In this document: positions 17,578 through 26,906 of the stretch, in pieces
Position numbering within the stretch: position 1 is the stretch's first letter
Layout: each line of letters opens with the position of its first letter
From: Chloroflexia bacterium
GTDB taxonomy: Bacteria > Chloroflexota > Chloroflexia > QHBQ01 > JADMIH01
Direction: 5' to 3'
Length of the DNA: 64,000 bases
Assembly: GCA_038203825.1 (NCBI GenBank)
Contig: JBBRDO010000006.1
Coordinates: 3,760 to 67,759, forward strand
Program-made: the position numbers and the translations under genes
The notes under the pieces: generated by a model
Databases searched by the model: none
What the model saw: the letters and a program-made list of their open reading frames with translations, nothing else
Told to the model about the DNA's origin: nothing

Positions 17578-20217
17578 TTACCTGGTCGAGTTGAGTGCCA
17601 GCCTGAACGAGCCATTGATGCCGGTGACAGAGCCATCGGGGCTGCTCAGGCGAACAGTAACGTCCCCCGCAGCACCAACATAGAGGGCCGGGTTGGGAAT
17701 CGCTTGCTGTAGCTTGGCGCTCACTGAGCCTATCGTGGCGATACGATCCCACGCCCCTGTCCGGACGTTGTATGCCTGCACGTCAAGCGGTGAGCCTGGT
17801 CCAGGTGGCGGAGGGTCGCTGGTGGAATAGTTGAGGTATAAGCTCTGCGGTTGTATACCTGACGGCAATCTGTATCGAAACTCAATATAGGGCGCAAGGC
17901 TAAGGCCCGAAACTACACCATTCGAAGTAGCGGTCGGCACGGGCTGTGGTATGCCCGGCTGCACCTGGCCGCTTACCGTCGTGAATACCAGGGGCGAACC
18001 GCTACCCATCGGCAGTACGGATGGGCTATTACCTGGGACATAGACACCGTAAGGCACCTTGTCGGCGTCGAGGCTGACCTGATCGCTCACACTTGCGACC
18101 ACATGCACGGTGCTCGCCCACACGTTCACGTCTTGATCCTGCGACAGGTTACTCTTGCCATCAACGCTGAACCGCGCCGCCGGGGTAGGACCCCAGGCCA
18201 GCAGGATCACGTTCAGGTCAGTGGGCGCTTCACCAATCATAAGAGGATAGAGCGCCACTGACAAGGCGTTCACCTTGCGGTCGTATTCGCGCTGGGCCGT
18301 GCCATTCACCTGTCCTGCCTGACCATACATGTACCCATTCTGCGGATTTGCGACGCCGGCAGGCATGGGCAGAAGCTGCTCGGGCGAGCTATTGTTGAAT
18401 ACCCCGTTCTGAACGGGCAAGCGCACATCGGCCTCCTCGCCCGGTGCTATATATCCTATGTACTGCACAGCATCCCCGCGTACAAGCGCCACATCTTGCA
18501 GCGGTCCCGTCGTGCGGTTCTTCACCTTGCCAACGATCGTATTGTTGCCAAGATGCAGGTCGGCCTGCAACGGGGCGTCGAGAACGGCTGTGTGTTCGGC
18601 GACGAAGGCGCGTAGACCCCAGGTATCAATGTTCACGTTGTCGATAGTGGTCGTGCCCGCGCCGCTGCTCACAGGCGCACCGGACGATGTGCGCGCCTGA
18701 TAATACCCGTATGGGTTCATTTCCGTTACGGCGCTGTTCGCGTCGAGCGTGAACCTGTATGTGCTGCGCAGCGGGGAGAAGACGCCGACGTGCTGCTCCA
18801 GCGTAGCCACGGATATGCCTTCTGTGGTGTTTATTGCGTTCACCCGTATGGTAACCAGGTCGCCACCCTTCGATCCCAGCGCAAGTAGATAAGCAATCAC
18901 CGAAAAGAGCAGGACCAATCCGGGAATAGTAAACCACGCCAGCTCGGTGCGGCGCATTCGCCGGAGAATGATGAAGTTCAGCGGGCCGACTATCAGTATG
19001 TAAACCAGCAGGAAGCCCCCAACGAGCCACACGTTCGGCAATTCGAGGCCGGGCAGTTCGAACATGCCGCCATAGGTCTGGAACACGGCAGCCCCGTAGC
19101 CGCCGAAGGGCACGCTGGTATTGCTGACACGGAGGTCAGCGCCATAGGACACACGCAGCGCATGTTCGGAGAAAATGCGTTTCTCCAGAGCCGGGAGACC
19201 GTCCCAGCCCTTGAGCGGGGGCAGAGCGGGCGATGCGCCCATGTAGACGACGCGACCTTGCCCGACATCGCGCACCGCCACCAGAGGCACACCGTCCTGC
19301 ATGGCAAGCACACGGGTGGAGGATGAGAACAGCGCGTCCGACTTGACTGTGGCGTTGCCTATGGTGATCGATCCTGTCGTGGTTAAAGGAGAAGCGGCCA
19401 GGTCGGCCAGGCTCGCAAGAGAAGGGACAGTGCGCGAACTCGACACATTAATAGGCACGAGGCTGTCCAGCCCGGCCAGTGTGTCTGCCCCACCGGCACG
19501 GTATGTGACGAGCAGCAGGCCGCCCCGCGCCACCCAACCCTCGATGCTCTCCCTTTGCTCGGTCGACAGCGTGCTCGAATCCGCGTCGTCAATGACGATT
19601 GCGCCCAGGCTGTCGAGTGCCTGCGAAAGCGCGGGCAGATCGGCCAATGAAATATGCGCGATTGTGGTGGAAGGAACCGGCAGTTGCCCGGTGTAGCCGT
19701 AACCGCGCACCGCGAGTGGAAGGACAACGTGGCCCAGTTGCTCCCCCTTAAGCGAATTCATAAGGGACGCGTCGGACGAAGCGACGGCCACGATCATGCC
19801 TGCAGGCGGCTCGTACGGGTCTGCCGTTGCATCGGCGTATTCCAGCAATGTGCCGCCTTCGTACAGCTCGACGCGGAACTTGTGCGTGAATTCGCTAGAG
19901 TATGTGTAGAGTGTGACCTCTTTGCGCGACTGCGCGGGTAGATCGACCTCTTGTTGATATGTACCGAGCGTACCCTGCCCTGTAGAGCCCGTTGCTACAC
20001 GGACCGTCACGCGACGAGACGCCCCACCGGGCGGGTTGGCCAGCGTCACGCGCACAGGAAGCCACTCGCCCATAAGGTACGCGCCCGCGTCGCCGTAGCC
20101 TGCCTGGGCCGACACGATCAGCTTGGCCTGCGTAGTTCCCTGCGCCAACGCGGGAATACTCCCTGCTATCAGGAGCAAGGCGACTATGAAGGCCATGATC
20201 GTCATGAGTCTGGGCAT
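17578..20217 (-). CDS. Large secreted/membrane protein of unknown function (signal peptide, about 450-aa extracytoplasmic domain, 2 central TM helices, about 380-aa C-terminal domain)
   Basis: The ORF is open to 20517. I favour the start MPRLMTIMAFIVALLLIAGSIPALAQG (ATG 20217), which is signal-peptide-like; the alternative is ATG 20286. Central TM pair: VWLVGGFLLVYILIVGPLNFIIL...WFTIPGLVLLFSVIAYLLALG. Confidence 0.75.
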   Translation of the reverse strand: MPRLMTIMAFIVALLLIAGSIPALAQGTTQAKLIVSAQAGYGDAGAYLMGEWLPVRVTLANPPGGASRRVTVRVATGSTGQGTLGTYQQEVDLPAQSRKEVTLYTYSSEFTHKFRVELYEGGTLLEYADATADPYEPPAGMIVAVASSDASLMNSLKGEQLGHVVLPLAVRGYGYTGQLPVPSTTIAHISLADLPALSQALDSLGAIVIDDADSSTLSTEQRESIEGWVARGGLLLVTYRAGGADTLAGLDSLVPINVSSSRTVPSLASLADLAASPLTTTGSITIGNATVKSDALFSSSTRVLAMQDGVPLVAVRDVGQGRVVYMGASPALPPLKGWDGLPALEKRIFSEHALRVSYGADLRVSNTSVPFGGYGAAVFQTYGGMFELPGLELPNVWLVGGFLLVYILIVGPLNFIILRRMRRTELAWFTIPGLVLLFSVIAYLLALGSKGGDLVTIRVNAINTTEGISVATLEQHVGVFSPLRSTYRFTLDANSAVTEMNPYGYYQARTSSGAPVSSGAGTTTIDNVNIDTWGLRAFVAEHTAVLDAPLQADLHLGNNTIVGKVKNRTTGPLQDVALVRGDAVQYIGYIAPGEEADVRLPVQNGVFNNSSPEQLLPMPAGVANPQNGYMYGQAGQVNGTAQREYDRKVNALSVALYPLMIGEAPTDLNVILLAWGPTPAARFSVDGKSNLSQDQDVNVWASTVHVVASVSDQVSLDADKVPYGVYVPGNSPSVLPMGSGSPLVFTTVSGQVQPGIPQPVPTATSNGVVSGLSLAPYIEFRYRLPSGIQPQSLYLNYSTSDPPPPGPGSPLDVQAYNVRTGAWDRIATIGSVSAKLQQAIPNPALYVGAAGDVTVRLSSPDGSVTGINGSFRLALNSTR

Positions 20218-20320
20218 ATGGCGTGATGTGTCCTCTCTAGTGGCAGCAAGTGGCAGCGGCAGTATCAATATAGCGGCATAGTACATAACGAAGCAAGCAC
20301 ACAAATAGTTGCATCTGCCC

Positions 20321-21640
20321 CTAGCCGCTAGCCCCTCGCCCCTCGTTCGCTTCGTGGTAAGCGCGGATCCACGCTTCGATCTCACGGTCGGGCACAGGAG
20401 CGGCGCGGCGGTTAATGTCCACGCGCTCCATGATGGTCTGCTGCACGCGGCGGGGGTGCGGGATACCCGCGAATACAAGCTCGCTCGCCTCACCCGGCGT
20501 TTTGATAACCACATCACCGAAGTCGAGCAGGTTAGCCAGCGGGCCGGGGATCAAGTACATGACGTCGCTTACACGATTGACAAGGGTTTCCGTGGACTGT
20601 TCACGCAAACCGAGCGGCAGGCTTTCGATGTGGTACAGGCGCTCATGATCGAGCTTGTACACGTCGTTCCGCCAGTCTTCCCACGACCAGGCAATCCACA
20701 AGCCGCACACGGGCACAAGCAGGAGGGCAGCCCAGCCGAGCACGCCCGCGACCGAATCGCCCACACCGGGCCCGGCAATGACATCAAGCACAATCCAGAC
20801 GAGCAATGCTCCGGCCATTAGAATGATGGGAACGCGGCTCGAACGCACCAGGTGGGCCCAGTGCTTGTGCCAGATGAATATTTGCTGCTGTGCGCGTGTC
20901 GGGGCCAGGCTATTCGCATGCGCTTTCGGCGGGATTCCAGAAGGAGATGGCGCCCGCCCAAGAATGATGGCGCGAACCGCCTCTTTGCGCACGTCGTCAG
21001 CGGGCGGTTGCTTGGCCTGATAGGCAGCTTGCTGGCTAAACACCGTCTCGCGGAATTGCGACGGGTGGGGCAGGCTCTTGAAAGTCAGCGCGCCGGTGCC
21101 TGCCGTGTCGATTTCGATATCGCCGAAATCGAGGGCTGTACCAAGTGCGTTGGGGTGGTTGGCTGTGACGTTCTGCACTTTGCTCAGGGGAGCGTCACGC
21201 CGCGTCTCTCGCAGAAAGAGGGTCTTGCTCATCACGATCACGCGCTGGTTAGTAAGGGCTATCCAGTCCTGGCGCCAATCCAGCAAAGCGTAAGCCATCC
21301 AGGCGAGGGCCACCAGCCCGGCGCTCAGCCACGCCACCCATAGCAGAGGCACAAGCCAGGAGGGCGGCGCGCTCGCCACCACGAGGGGATCGACTTCCAG
21401 GCCGGCGACGAAGGGCGCGAAGAAATAGAGGCTTATCAACCAGAGGAGAAGCAGGAGAAGCGGAGCCACCAGATCGCGAGCCAGCACCGCAGGATGGCGC
21501 CGCAATAGAAGCAACACGCGCTCGCCCTGACGGCGGTCATGGATCATGCGGGCATAGCGCGAGCCTGTTGTGGCCTCGGCGTGAGGAACAGCCTTCAGTT
21601 TCCGGTCAGGAGCGCTGTGGGGCGCGGGGTTTGCAGACAT
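20321..21640 (-). CDS. Membrane protein with bacterial PH (bPH_2/YdbT-like) domains
   Basis: 439 aa with a repeated architecture of a TM hairpin followed by a PH-like module (RVLLLLRRHPAVL..., WIALTNQRVIV, DIEIDTAG; IFIWHKHWAHL..., YKLDHERLY, GDVVIKTPG). Confidence 0.65.
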   Translation of the reverse strand: MSANPAPHSAPDRKLKAVPHAEATTGSRYARMIHDRRQGERVLLLLRRHPAVLARDLVAPLLLLLLWLISLYFFAPFVAGLEVDPLVVASAPPSWLVPLLWVAWLSAGLVALAWMAYALLDWRQDWIALTNQRVIVMSKTLFLRETRRDAPLSKVQNVTANHPNALGTALDFGDIEIDTAGTGALTFKSLPHPSQFRETVFSQQAAYQAKQPPADDVRKEAVRAIILGRAPSPSGIPPKAHANSLAPTRAQQQIFIWHKHWAHLVRSSRVPIILMAGALLVWIVLDVIAGPGVGDSVAGVLGWAALLLVPVCGLWIAWSWEDWRNDVYKLDHERLYHIESLPLGLREQSTETLVNRVSDVMYLIPGPLANLLDFGDVVIKTPGEASELVFAGIPHPRRVQQTIMERVDINRRAAPVPDREIEAWIRAYHEANEGRGASG

Positions 21641-21724
21641 ATCATTGGCGGGAAGCGACGCGTGTCACCGCCCGGACCATCTTAGCATCCCCAGGCGGCC
21701 ACCGGCAGCGAACTGCACATTACA

Positions 21725-22207
21725 ATGTATAATACTTTTATGGATGTAGATGGGGTAAAGATAGTCTGCCCGGCGTGCGGCTCACGCCTGGTAATCATGC
21801 CGCGAGTGCAGTACATCGCGTGCAGGCACTGTGGCAGCGAATACACAGTGAACAGGAACGGCAACAGCATTGGCCTGGAGCCTTTTTCACCCGAGCAGTT
21901 CGAGATCAGCCGGCAGATAGCCGACGTCGAGAAAGTGCAGGCTGAGGGGTGCAGCAATGTCTTCTTCTGGATATTGCTGGTCGCGGGTGTGCTCTTCTGT
22001 GGATTGGGCTTCCTCACCCGCGCCTTGTTCCAGTCCAGCTGGATCTTCGTGGCCGGGTGGGCCATCTCACTCATAGTGCTGGTTGCCGCGGCCGGGGTAA
22101 TGCTGCGTATGCTCAATACCCAGCGCGAAGTGCGACTTGAGCTTGAGGCCAAGCAGAGAACACTTTACGAACAAATGGCGACGGACACGTTAGAAGAGGC
22201 CGAATAG
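21725..22207 (+). CDS. Zinc-ribbon membrane protein, unknown function
   Basis: CPACGSRLV...CRHCGSEY zinc ribbon, then 2-3 TM helices and an acidic C-terminus. The start could be ATG 21725 or ATG 21740 (MDVDG), since TATAAT at 21728-21733 lies inside the first codons. Confidence 0.7.
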   Translation: MYNTFMDVDGVKIVCPACGSRLVIMPRVQYIACRHCGSEYTVNRNGNSIGLEPFSPEQFEISRQIADVEKVQAEGCSNVFFWILLVAGVLFCGLGFLTRALFQSSWIFVAGWAISLIVLVAAAGVMLRMLNTQREVRLELEAKQRTLYEQMATDTLEEAE

Positions 22208-22212
22208 TCCCA

Positions 22213-23394
22213 CTACTCCATTGCGGCGGCGAGGTCGCGGATCAGGTCTTGCGAATCCTCGATGCCCACGCTCAACCTGATCAGGTTGTCGGGCACTGCC
22301 AGCGGCGAGTTGGCAACGCTGGCGTGAGTCATCACTCCCGGGTGCTCGATCAACGACTCAACACCTCCCAGGCTCTCGGCAAGCGTAAACAGGTGGGTGC
22401 GCTCGACGATTTGCTGGGCTTGCTCCATACCGCCCCTCACATCGAACGAAATCATGCCGCCAAAGCAGCGCATCTGCCTGCCTGCCAGGTCGTGCTGTGG
22501 GTGTGACGCGAGGCCGGGGTAGCGCACTCGCTCCACGGCAGGGTGCTGCTCCAAAAAGCGCGCTATCTTCAACGCGTTCGACTCGTGAGCCCGCATACGC
22601 ACACCCAGAGTCTTGATCCCTCGCAGGACGAGGAAGCAATCCATTGGGCCGGGAACAGCCCCGATGGCATTCTGCAGATACTTCAGCCGTTCATAATCGG
22701 CATCATCGGACAGCACAACCAGCCCGCCCACAGCGTCGCTGTGACCGCCGAGGTACTTTGTGGAACTGTGAACAACGATATCGGCCCCCATCGTGAGAGG
22801 CTGCTGGCCGTAGGGCGAAGCAAAGGTGTTGTCCACTATCACTCGCAACTTGTGGGAGTGTGCGATGCTTGCCACCGCCGTTATATCGATCAACTTCATA
22901 AGCGGGTTGGACGGGGTCTCAACCCAGATAGCGCGGGTTTCGGGCTTGATATGTTCCTCGACAGTCGCCGGGTCGGTCATGTCGATATAGCTGAATTGAA
23001 GACCATAGAGTGCGAGCACGCGCTCGAATAGGCGATATGTCCCCCCGTACACATCGTTCGAGACGATGATATGATCGCCCGGCGCAAATAGGTACATGAT
23101 CGTCGTTTCTGCTGCCATGCCGGAGGCGAAAGCCAATCCGTATTTCGCGTCCTCGAGCGAGGCGATGCACGTTTCGAGTGCGGTGCGGGTGGGGTTGCCC
23201 GTACGTGAATACTCGTACCCCTTGTGGTGGCCGAGGGCGTCCTGGGCGTAGGTTGAAGTCTGGTAAATCGGCACGATAACCGCGCCTGTAGTGGGATCGG
23301 GATCCTGGCCCGCGTGTATAGCGCGAGTCTCGAAGCCGTACTGTGGGTTGGAGGTGTCCGTACTGGTGTTATCCTGTGGGCTGCCGTTGGTCAT
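22213..23394 (-). CDS. PLP-dependent cystathionine gamma-synthase/gamma-lyase (Cys/Met metabolism family)
   Basis: Family-typical FETRAIHAGQ, YSRTGNPT and the PLP-lysine context VHSSTKYLGGHSD. Confidence 0.9.
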   Translation of the reverse strand: MTNGSPQDNTSTDTSNPQYGFETRAIHAGQDPDPTTGAVIVPIYQTSTYAQDALGHHKGYEYSRTGNPTRTALETCIASLEDAKYGLAFASGMAAETTIMYLFAPGDHIIVSNDVYGGTYRLFERVLALYGLQFSYIDMTDPATVEEHIKPETRAIWVETPSNPLMKLIDITAVASIAHSHKLRVIVDNTFASPYGQQPLTMGADIVVHSSTKYLGGHSDAVGGLVVLSDDADYERLKYLQNAIGAVPGPMDCFLVLRGIKTLGVRMRAHESNALKIARFLEQHPAVERVRYPGLASHPQHDLAGRQMRCFGGMISFDVRGGMEQAQQIVERTHLFTLAESLGGVESLIEHPGVMTHASVANSPLAVPDNLIRLSVGIEDSQDLIRDLAAAME

Positions 23395-23427
23395 CGTCGC
23401 CTCTCCTTGCTGTATTGGAACAGTGTC

Positions 23428-23456
23428 ATTGTAGAGAGGTCGAGCGGGGATGTCAA
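23428..23456 (-). promoter_or_regulatory. Consensus sigma-70-type promoter TTGACA - 17 bp - TACAAT for the cystathionine synthase/lyase gene
   Basis: Minus strand: TTGACA (23456-23451), a 17-nt spacer, TACAAT (23433-23428). AAGGAGAGG RBS and the ATG at 23394 follow. Confidence 0.7.
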
Positions 23457-23467
23457 CTCATGTGGCC

Positions 23468-24559
23468 CTAAGTGTTGGCGCTCTTAGGAACCAGCTCGCG
23501 AAGTATTGAGGTCACACGCATATATGAGGTGTCGTCGAGAGGGGTCCGCGTGACGATTACCCCGGAGTTCAAATCCTTAATCTTGGAAGCCATATCGTAC
23601 TGAAGCCAGATCACAGTTGGAGGATCGGCAAAGTTCGTTACAGGCTGTGGCTGAGTTAAGACAACTACAGGTTCCACCCATTGTTTCGCTATTCCATGCC
23701 GCTTCAGATGGTCGTTCACGGAGGCTGCATTTCCCTTGGCCTGCATGGAGGGATCCGGTCGCAGCGGTCGCCACTGCTTTCCTGTTTGATGCTGCCATTG
23801 GCCATTCCACACTCGCAGAGTGCTCTTATGGGACTTCACTTCTAATGCCCAGACACCACTCGGTCCGACGAGGATGATATCGGTATCTCCACCCTTTTGC
23901 GTATCACTGCCGGATAATACAAGACTACAGAAAACGCTCCATCGATTGTCCAGGTTAGCGCGCAAGACTTCAAGTACGGCTGCTTCACCCTCGCGACCTG
24001 ATCTATAGTTCTTGAATTCCGATAGCTTGTTCTGGACACGATTCTTGAACCACCAGCCTAACGCGACAAATGGGAGTAACAATAGAGCAAGGGCCGTGAA
24101 TACAGTTACCCAGGAATTGCCCTTCGCCAGCGTATTGACAGTGCCGCTTATTAGCCAGTTCAATACGGTAACAGCGATCAGAATACCGACAAACCCATAA
24201 AAGACGGCGTCAAGGAGATTGCCGTACTGTTTCTCCTCTAGGTGCTTACTCTTTCCGAACACGTGGGGACCATAGCGTCGGGTTGCCTCCACAACCTCTC
24301 GGGTGCCCAAGTGATAAATCAACAGCGTGCGGGCTGCTTCTCGAGGCTTTTGCTCGTAAGCATTGACCAGTTCCCAGCCGAGATCTGCAGCCGTTATCTC
24401 TCCCCGACGGAGTAGTTCCCCCATTGCGCCCTTACGGTTTCCCATGTAGGGGACTGTCTCAGCATCCGCTAGAGACATGGTGGGTGTTAGTACGACTCGT
24501 TCAAGAGCGTTCTCAAGTGCGCGGTCACCCGGAGCGGACGACCCAGATTCTATCGCCAT
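23468..24559 (-). CDS. NERD (nuclease-related domain) protein with central TM helices
   Basis: NERD-like core GREGEAAVLEVLRANLDNRWSVFCSLVL...GDTDIILVGPSGVWALEVKSHK. Two TM helices lie upstream of it. The gene looks more AT-rich than its neighbours by eye. Confidence 0.75.
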   Translation of the reverse strand: MAIESGSSAPGDRALENALERVVLTPTMSLADAETVPYMGNRKGAMGELLRRGEITAADLGWELVNAYEQKPREAARTLLIYHLGTREVVEATRRYGPHVFGKSKHLEEKQYGNLLDAVFYGFVGILIAVTVLNWLISGTVNTLAKGNSWVTVFTALALLLLPFVALGWWFKNRVQNKLSEFKNYRSGREGEAAVLEVLRANLDNRWSVFCSLVLSGSDTQKGGDTDIILVGPSGVWALEVKSHKSTLRVWNGQWQHQTGKQWRPLRPDPSMQAKGNAASVNDHLKRHGIAKQWVEPVVVLTQPQPVTNFADPPTVIWLQYDMASKIKDLNSGVIVTRTPLDDTSYMRVTSILRELVPKSANT

Positions 24560-24591
24560 TCAGTTGCCTTTCTGAGACCATGATTCGTTGC

Positions 24592-25125
24592 TTAGCGGAT
24601 AAAGCCACCTACGTACCACAGGTGATAGACCAGCGAACCGCGATACTTGATCGTCTCCTCGCCAAGGAACTCGGCCAGGTGGCCCAGCGGGTGATTGGAA
24701 TACTCAAATCCGTAATATTCGTAGCTGAGAGGCCCACGGAACGGCAGGTCTTCGGTCACCTGAGCGAGGGCAGCACGCATGACGGCGTAGATCCATTGGG
24801 GCTGTAGGTCCCACATGTAGTGATTGATAAGCCCGCCCGAGTAGCCCATGCCCCAGATCGGGCGGCCGTCGTAGTGCACGGTCTCTTGGCCGGAAAAGCG
24901 CTCGAACCCGAAGAAGATGTTTCTGTAGGCAAAGAGGCCGCGGTCATACTGCAGCTGCGCCGCGCCCGGTAGCGCACCCTGCATCTGGACAGGGTCGGCG
25001 ACAGGACGCGCATTGCGCTTGGCCTCCACCAGAAACTGGGTGAACGCCATATTGTCGAACGGCGTGGTTTCACGCTCTCCACCTACTGCTTCGTTCATTG
25101 CGGCCACTTTATTCTCCTTGGGCAA
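24592..25125 (-). CDS. Small soluble protein, DUF5680-like (recollection only)
   Basis: 177-aa ORF. The ...YRNIFFGFERFSGQETVHYDGRPIWGMGYSGG... pattern resembles DUF5680 as I remember it. The name is unverified. Confidence 0.6.
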   Translation of the reverse strand: MPKENKVAAMNEAVGGERETTPFDNMAFTQFLVEAKRNARPVADPVQMQGALPGAAQLQYDRGLFAYRNIFFGFERFSGQETVHYDGRPIWGMGYSGGLINHYMWDLQPQWIYAVMRAALAQVTEDLPFRGPLSYEYYGFEYSNHPLGHLAEFLGEETIKYRGSLVYHLWYVGGFIR

Positions 25126-25173
25126 ATAAGCGCACGACCTGATCTCTCGAACTGTGTTCTGAACTCAAACGCA

Positions 25174-26481
25174 TCAGGCTTTACCCACAGCACTCTTCCA
25201 CTTGAACCGCGCCACGTACACCAGCGCGAGCATTGTCAGCGATTGCACTATGACAGGATATTCCATGCTACTCAATCCCACCTGCAGGGCCACTATTAAG
25301 AACGGCAGTGCAGCCATCCATGCGTAAACGGCCATGCGCCAGAGCTTCCAATTCCGCCAGCCCTGCTCATCGGGCAAACCCGCGGCGGCCAACATAAGCA
25401 GCGCAGGAAACAGCAGGAGCACATGTTCATACCCGAGCATATAGGGGCTGATAACCAGGCCAACGCATAACGTTAGCGCGAGGCTCATGGGAGCCGGAGC
25501 AGCCCGGTCCGTCAGGTCGCGCCACCAGTGGGGAACAAGCGTAGCCAGGCCTACCAGCGTTAGTGCCAGGGCTATCCAGGCCCACGGGAAGCTGCCCGTA
25601 AGCGCCTGGTAGCTAACGCCCCACACCGAAGCCGAAACGCTGGCCTGGCTTCCTGCCTGCCCGCTGGTCACGATGCCAATCCAGTCGCCGAGCGACGAGG
25701 GGTAAGCCAACAACGGTACAAACAAGAGGAGAGCAAGCGTCCCGAGCGCAGAGACAGGTATCGCCCATCTCCTGCGGCTAACGGCCCACAACCCAAGTAA
25801 TATCACGGGGAGCCCAACGGCCTGCGGCTTGGTGGCCAGCACAGCCAGCGCCATGCCAACCAGCACGTCGCCCGCCATCAGGACGCGCTTGCCTGTTTCA
25901 GATTGCGTGCGGGATGAGCTACTAATAAGGTAGCCCCAGATGGCAGCCAGCAAAGCAAACTCAATTATTGAGAACTGCCCCAGGAAGAGAGTCAGCAGAC
26001 TCTCCCGGTAAATAAGCGCGAGGAACGCAGTCAATATGATAGCGGCGATTGCCGGGGCTCTCACCACGCGGAATGCGGGGCCGGAGGACTTCAGAATTCG
26101 AACCACGCCCCAAACCAGCAAGAGCAGGTTAAATGCCCGCCACAGGGCCAGGGCCACTGCTAGTGGAAGGAGCGCAAGCGGCGTAAACAGGAGCGCCACC
26201 CACATAGGGTAAATAAAATGGAAGTTGTCGCCACTGTTGAAGCCCTGGAACTGTGAGGCGTACGAGCCGAGCGCGGCGCTGACCTGAGCAGGCGCGGGAC
26301 TATACGGGTCGACACCGTTCAGGACGAGCCGGGACGGAAGCCAGACATTCTGAGTGAAGTCGTTGTTCACGCTGCCGCCGGCTCCATACATTAGCATGAA
26401 GCCCAATGCAAGCACAAAACCAACCGCCCAGCCCACCGGTCCCCAGACTGAACGGTGCACGAGCACCTCCGAAGTTGTCAT
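25174..26481 (-). CDS. Polytopic membrane glycosyltransferase, GT87/DUF2029-like
   Basis: About 10 TM helices, with a DUF2029-like N-terminal loop (NNDFTQNVWLPSRLVLNGVDPYSP). I place the start at MTTSEVLVHRS (ATG 26481). The 147-codon upstream extension of the ORF looks non-coding. Confidence 0.65.
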   Translation of the reverse strand: MTTSEVLVHRSVWGPVGWAVGFVLALGFMLMYGAGGSVNNDFTQNVWLPSRLVLNGVDPYSPAPAQVSAALGSYASQFQGFNSGDNFHFIYPMWVALLFTPLALLPLAVALALWRAFNLLLLVWGVVRILKSSGPAFRVVRAPAIAAIILTAFLALIYRESLLTLFLGQFSIIEFALLAAIWGYLISSSSRTQSETGKRVLMAGDVLVGMALAVLATKPQAVGLPVILLGLWAVSRRRWAIPVSALGTLALLLFVPLLAYPSSLGDWIGIVTSGQAGSQASVSASVWGVSYQALTGSFPWAWIALALTLVGLATLVPHWWRDLTDRAAPAPMSLALTLCVGLVISPYMLGYEHVLLLFPALLMLAAAGLPDEQGWRNWKLWRMAVYAWMAALPFLIVALQVGLSSMEYPVIVQSLTMLALVYVARFKWKSAVGKA

Positions 26482-26693
26482 GGAACCAGGGACAGCGCTC
26501 TGCACGTCATCATGTGGGCCGTGAGAAATGTCTTTATTCAAGGTGGCGATATGGGAGACAGGCAAGTATAAACACCTCTGGCGTACCAGGCTTTCCTGCG
26601 AGTATAGCAAAGCGCCGCCCACTGTGTAAATGCCCCATTTGGCATAGTGCGGGTGGGCCAATGGTAAGGGTTGAGAGGGGAGGGTTGGCGATG

Positions 26694-26741
26694 GACGACG
26701 GACGACGGACGACCGTTGGCTATGGAGGGTCGTCCGTCGTC
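26694..26741. repeat. GACGACG/GACGGAC heptad tract forming a 14-bp perfect hairpin
   Basis: gacgacggacgacc (26701-26714) and ggtcgtccgtcgtc (26728-26741) are exact reverse complements, separated by a 13-nt loop. Confidence 0.75.
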
Positions 26742-26749
26742 TATTCGTT

Positions 26750-26774
26750 CTCGCGCAAACGTGTAGGGTTTCGG
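26750..26774. repeat. 25-nt motif ctcgcgcaaacgtgtagggtttcgg, copy A (copy B at 27987-28011)
   Basis: The identical 25-mer occurs twice in direct orientation. Each copy lies about 260 nt upstream of a minus-strand gene start (26481 and 27731). Confidence 0.8.
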
Positions 26775-26906
26775 CCAGGGATAGATGGACACATCGGGCT
26801 CTGCTACGTTTGCATACTCTGCATTGCTCAGGGCAAAGCTGTGAGGGTTGGGAACGGTGACACCAAAGGCATAGGAGATACCGAGGCAGACGGGGATGGG
26901 TTGCTG

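Noticed and set aside
23395-23467. A SAM or T-box riboswitch upstream of the cystathionine synthase/lyase gene.
   Set aside because: The consensus promoter leaves only about a 27-nt leader before the ATG, which is far too short for a riboswitch aptamer.
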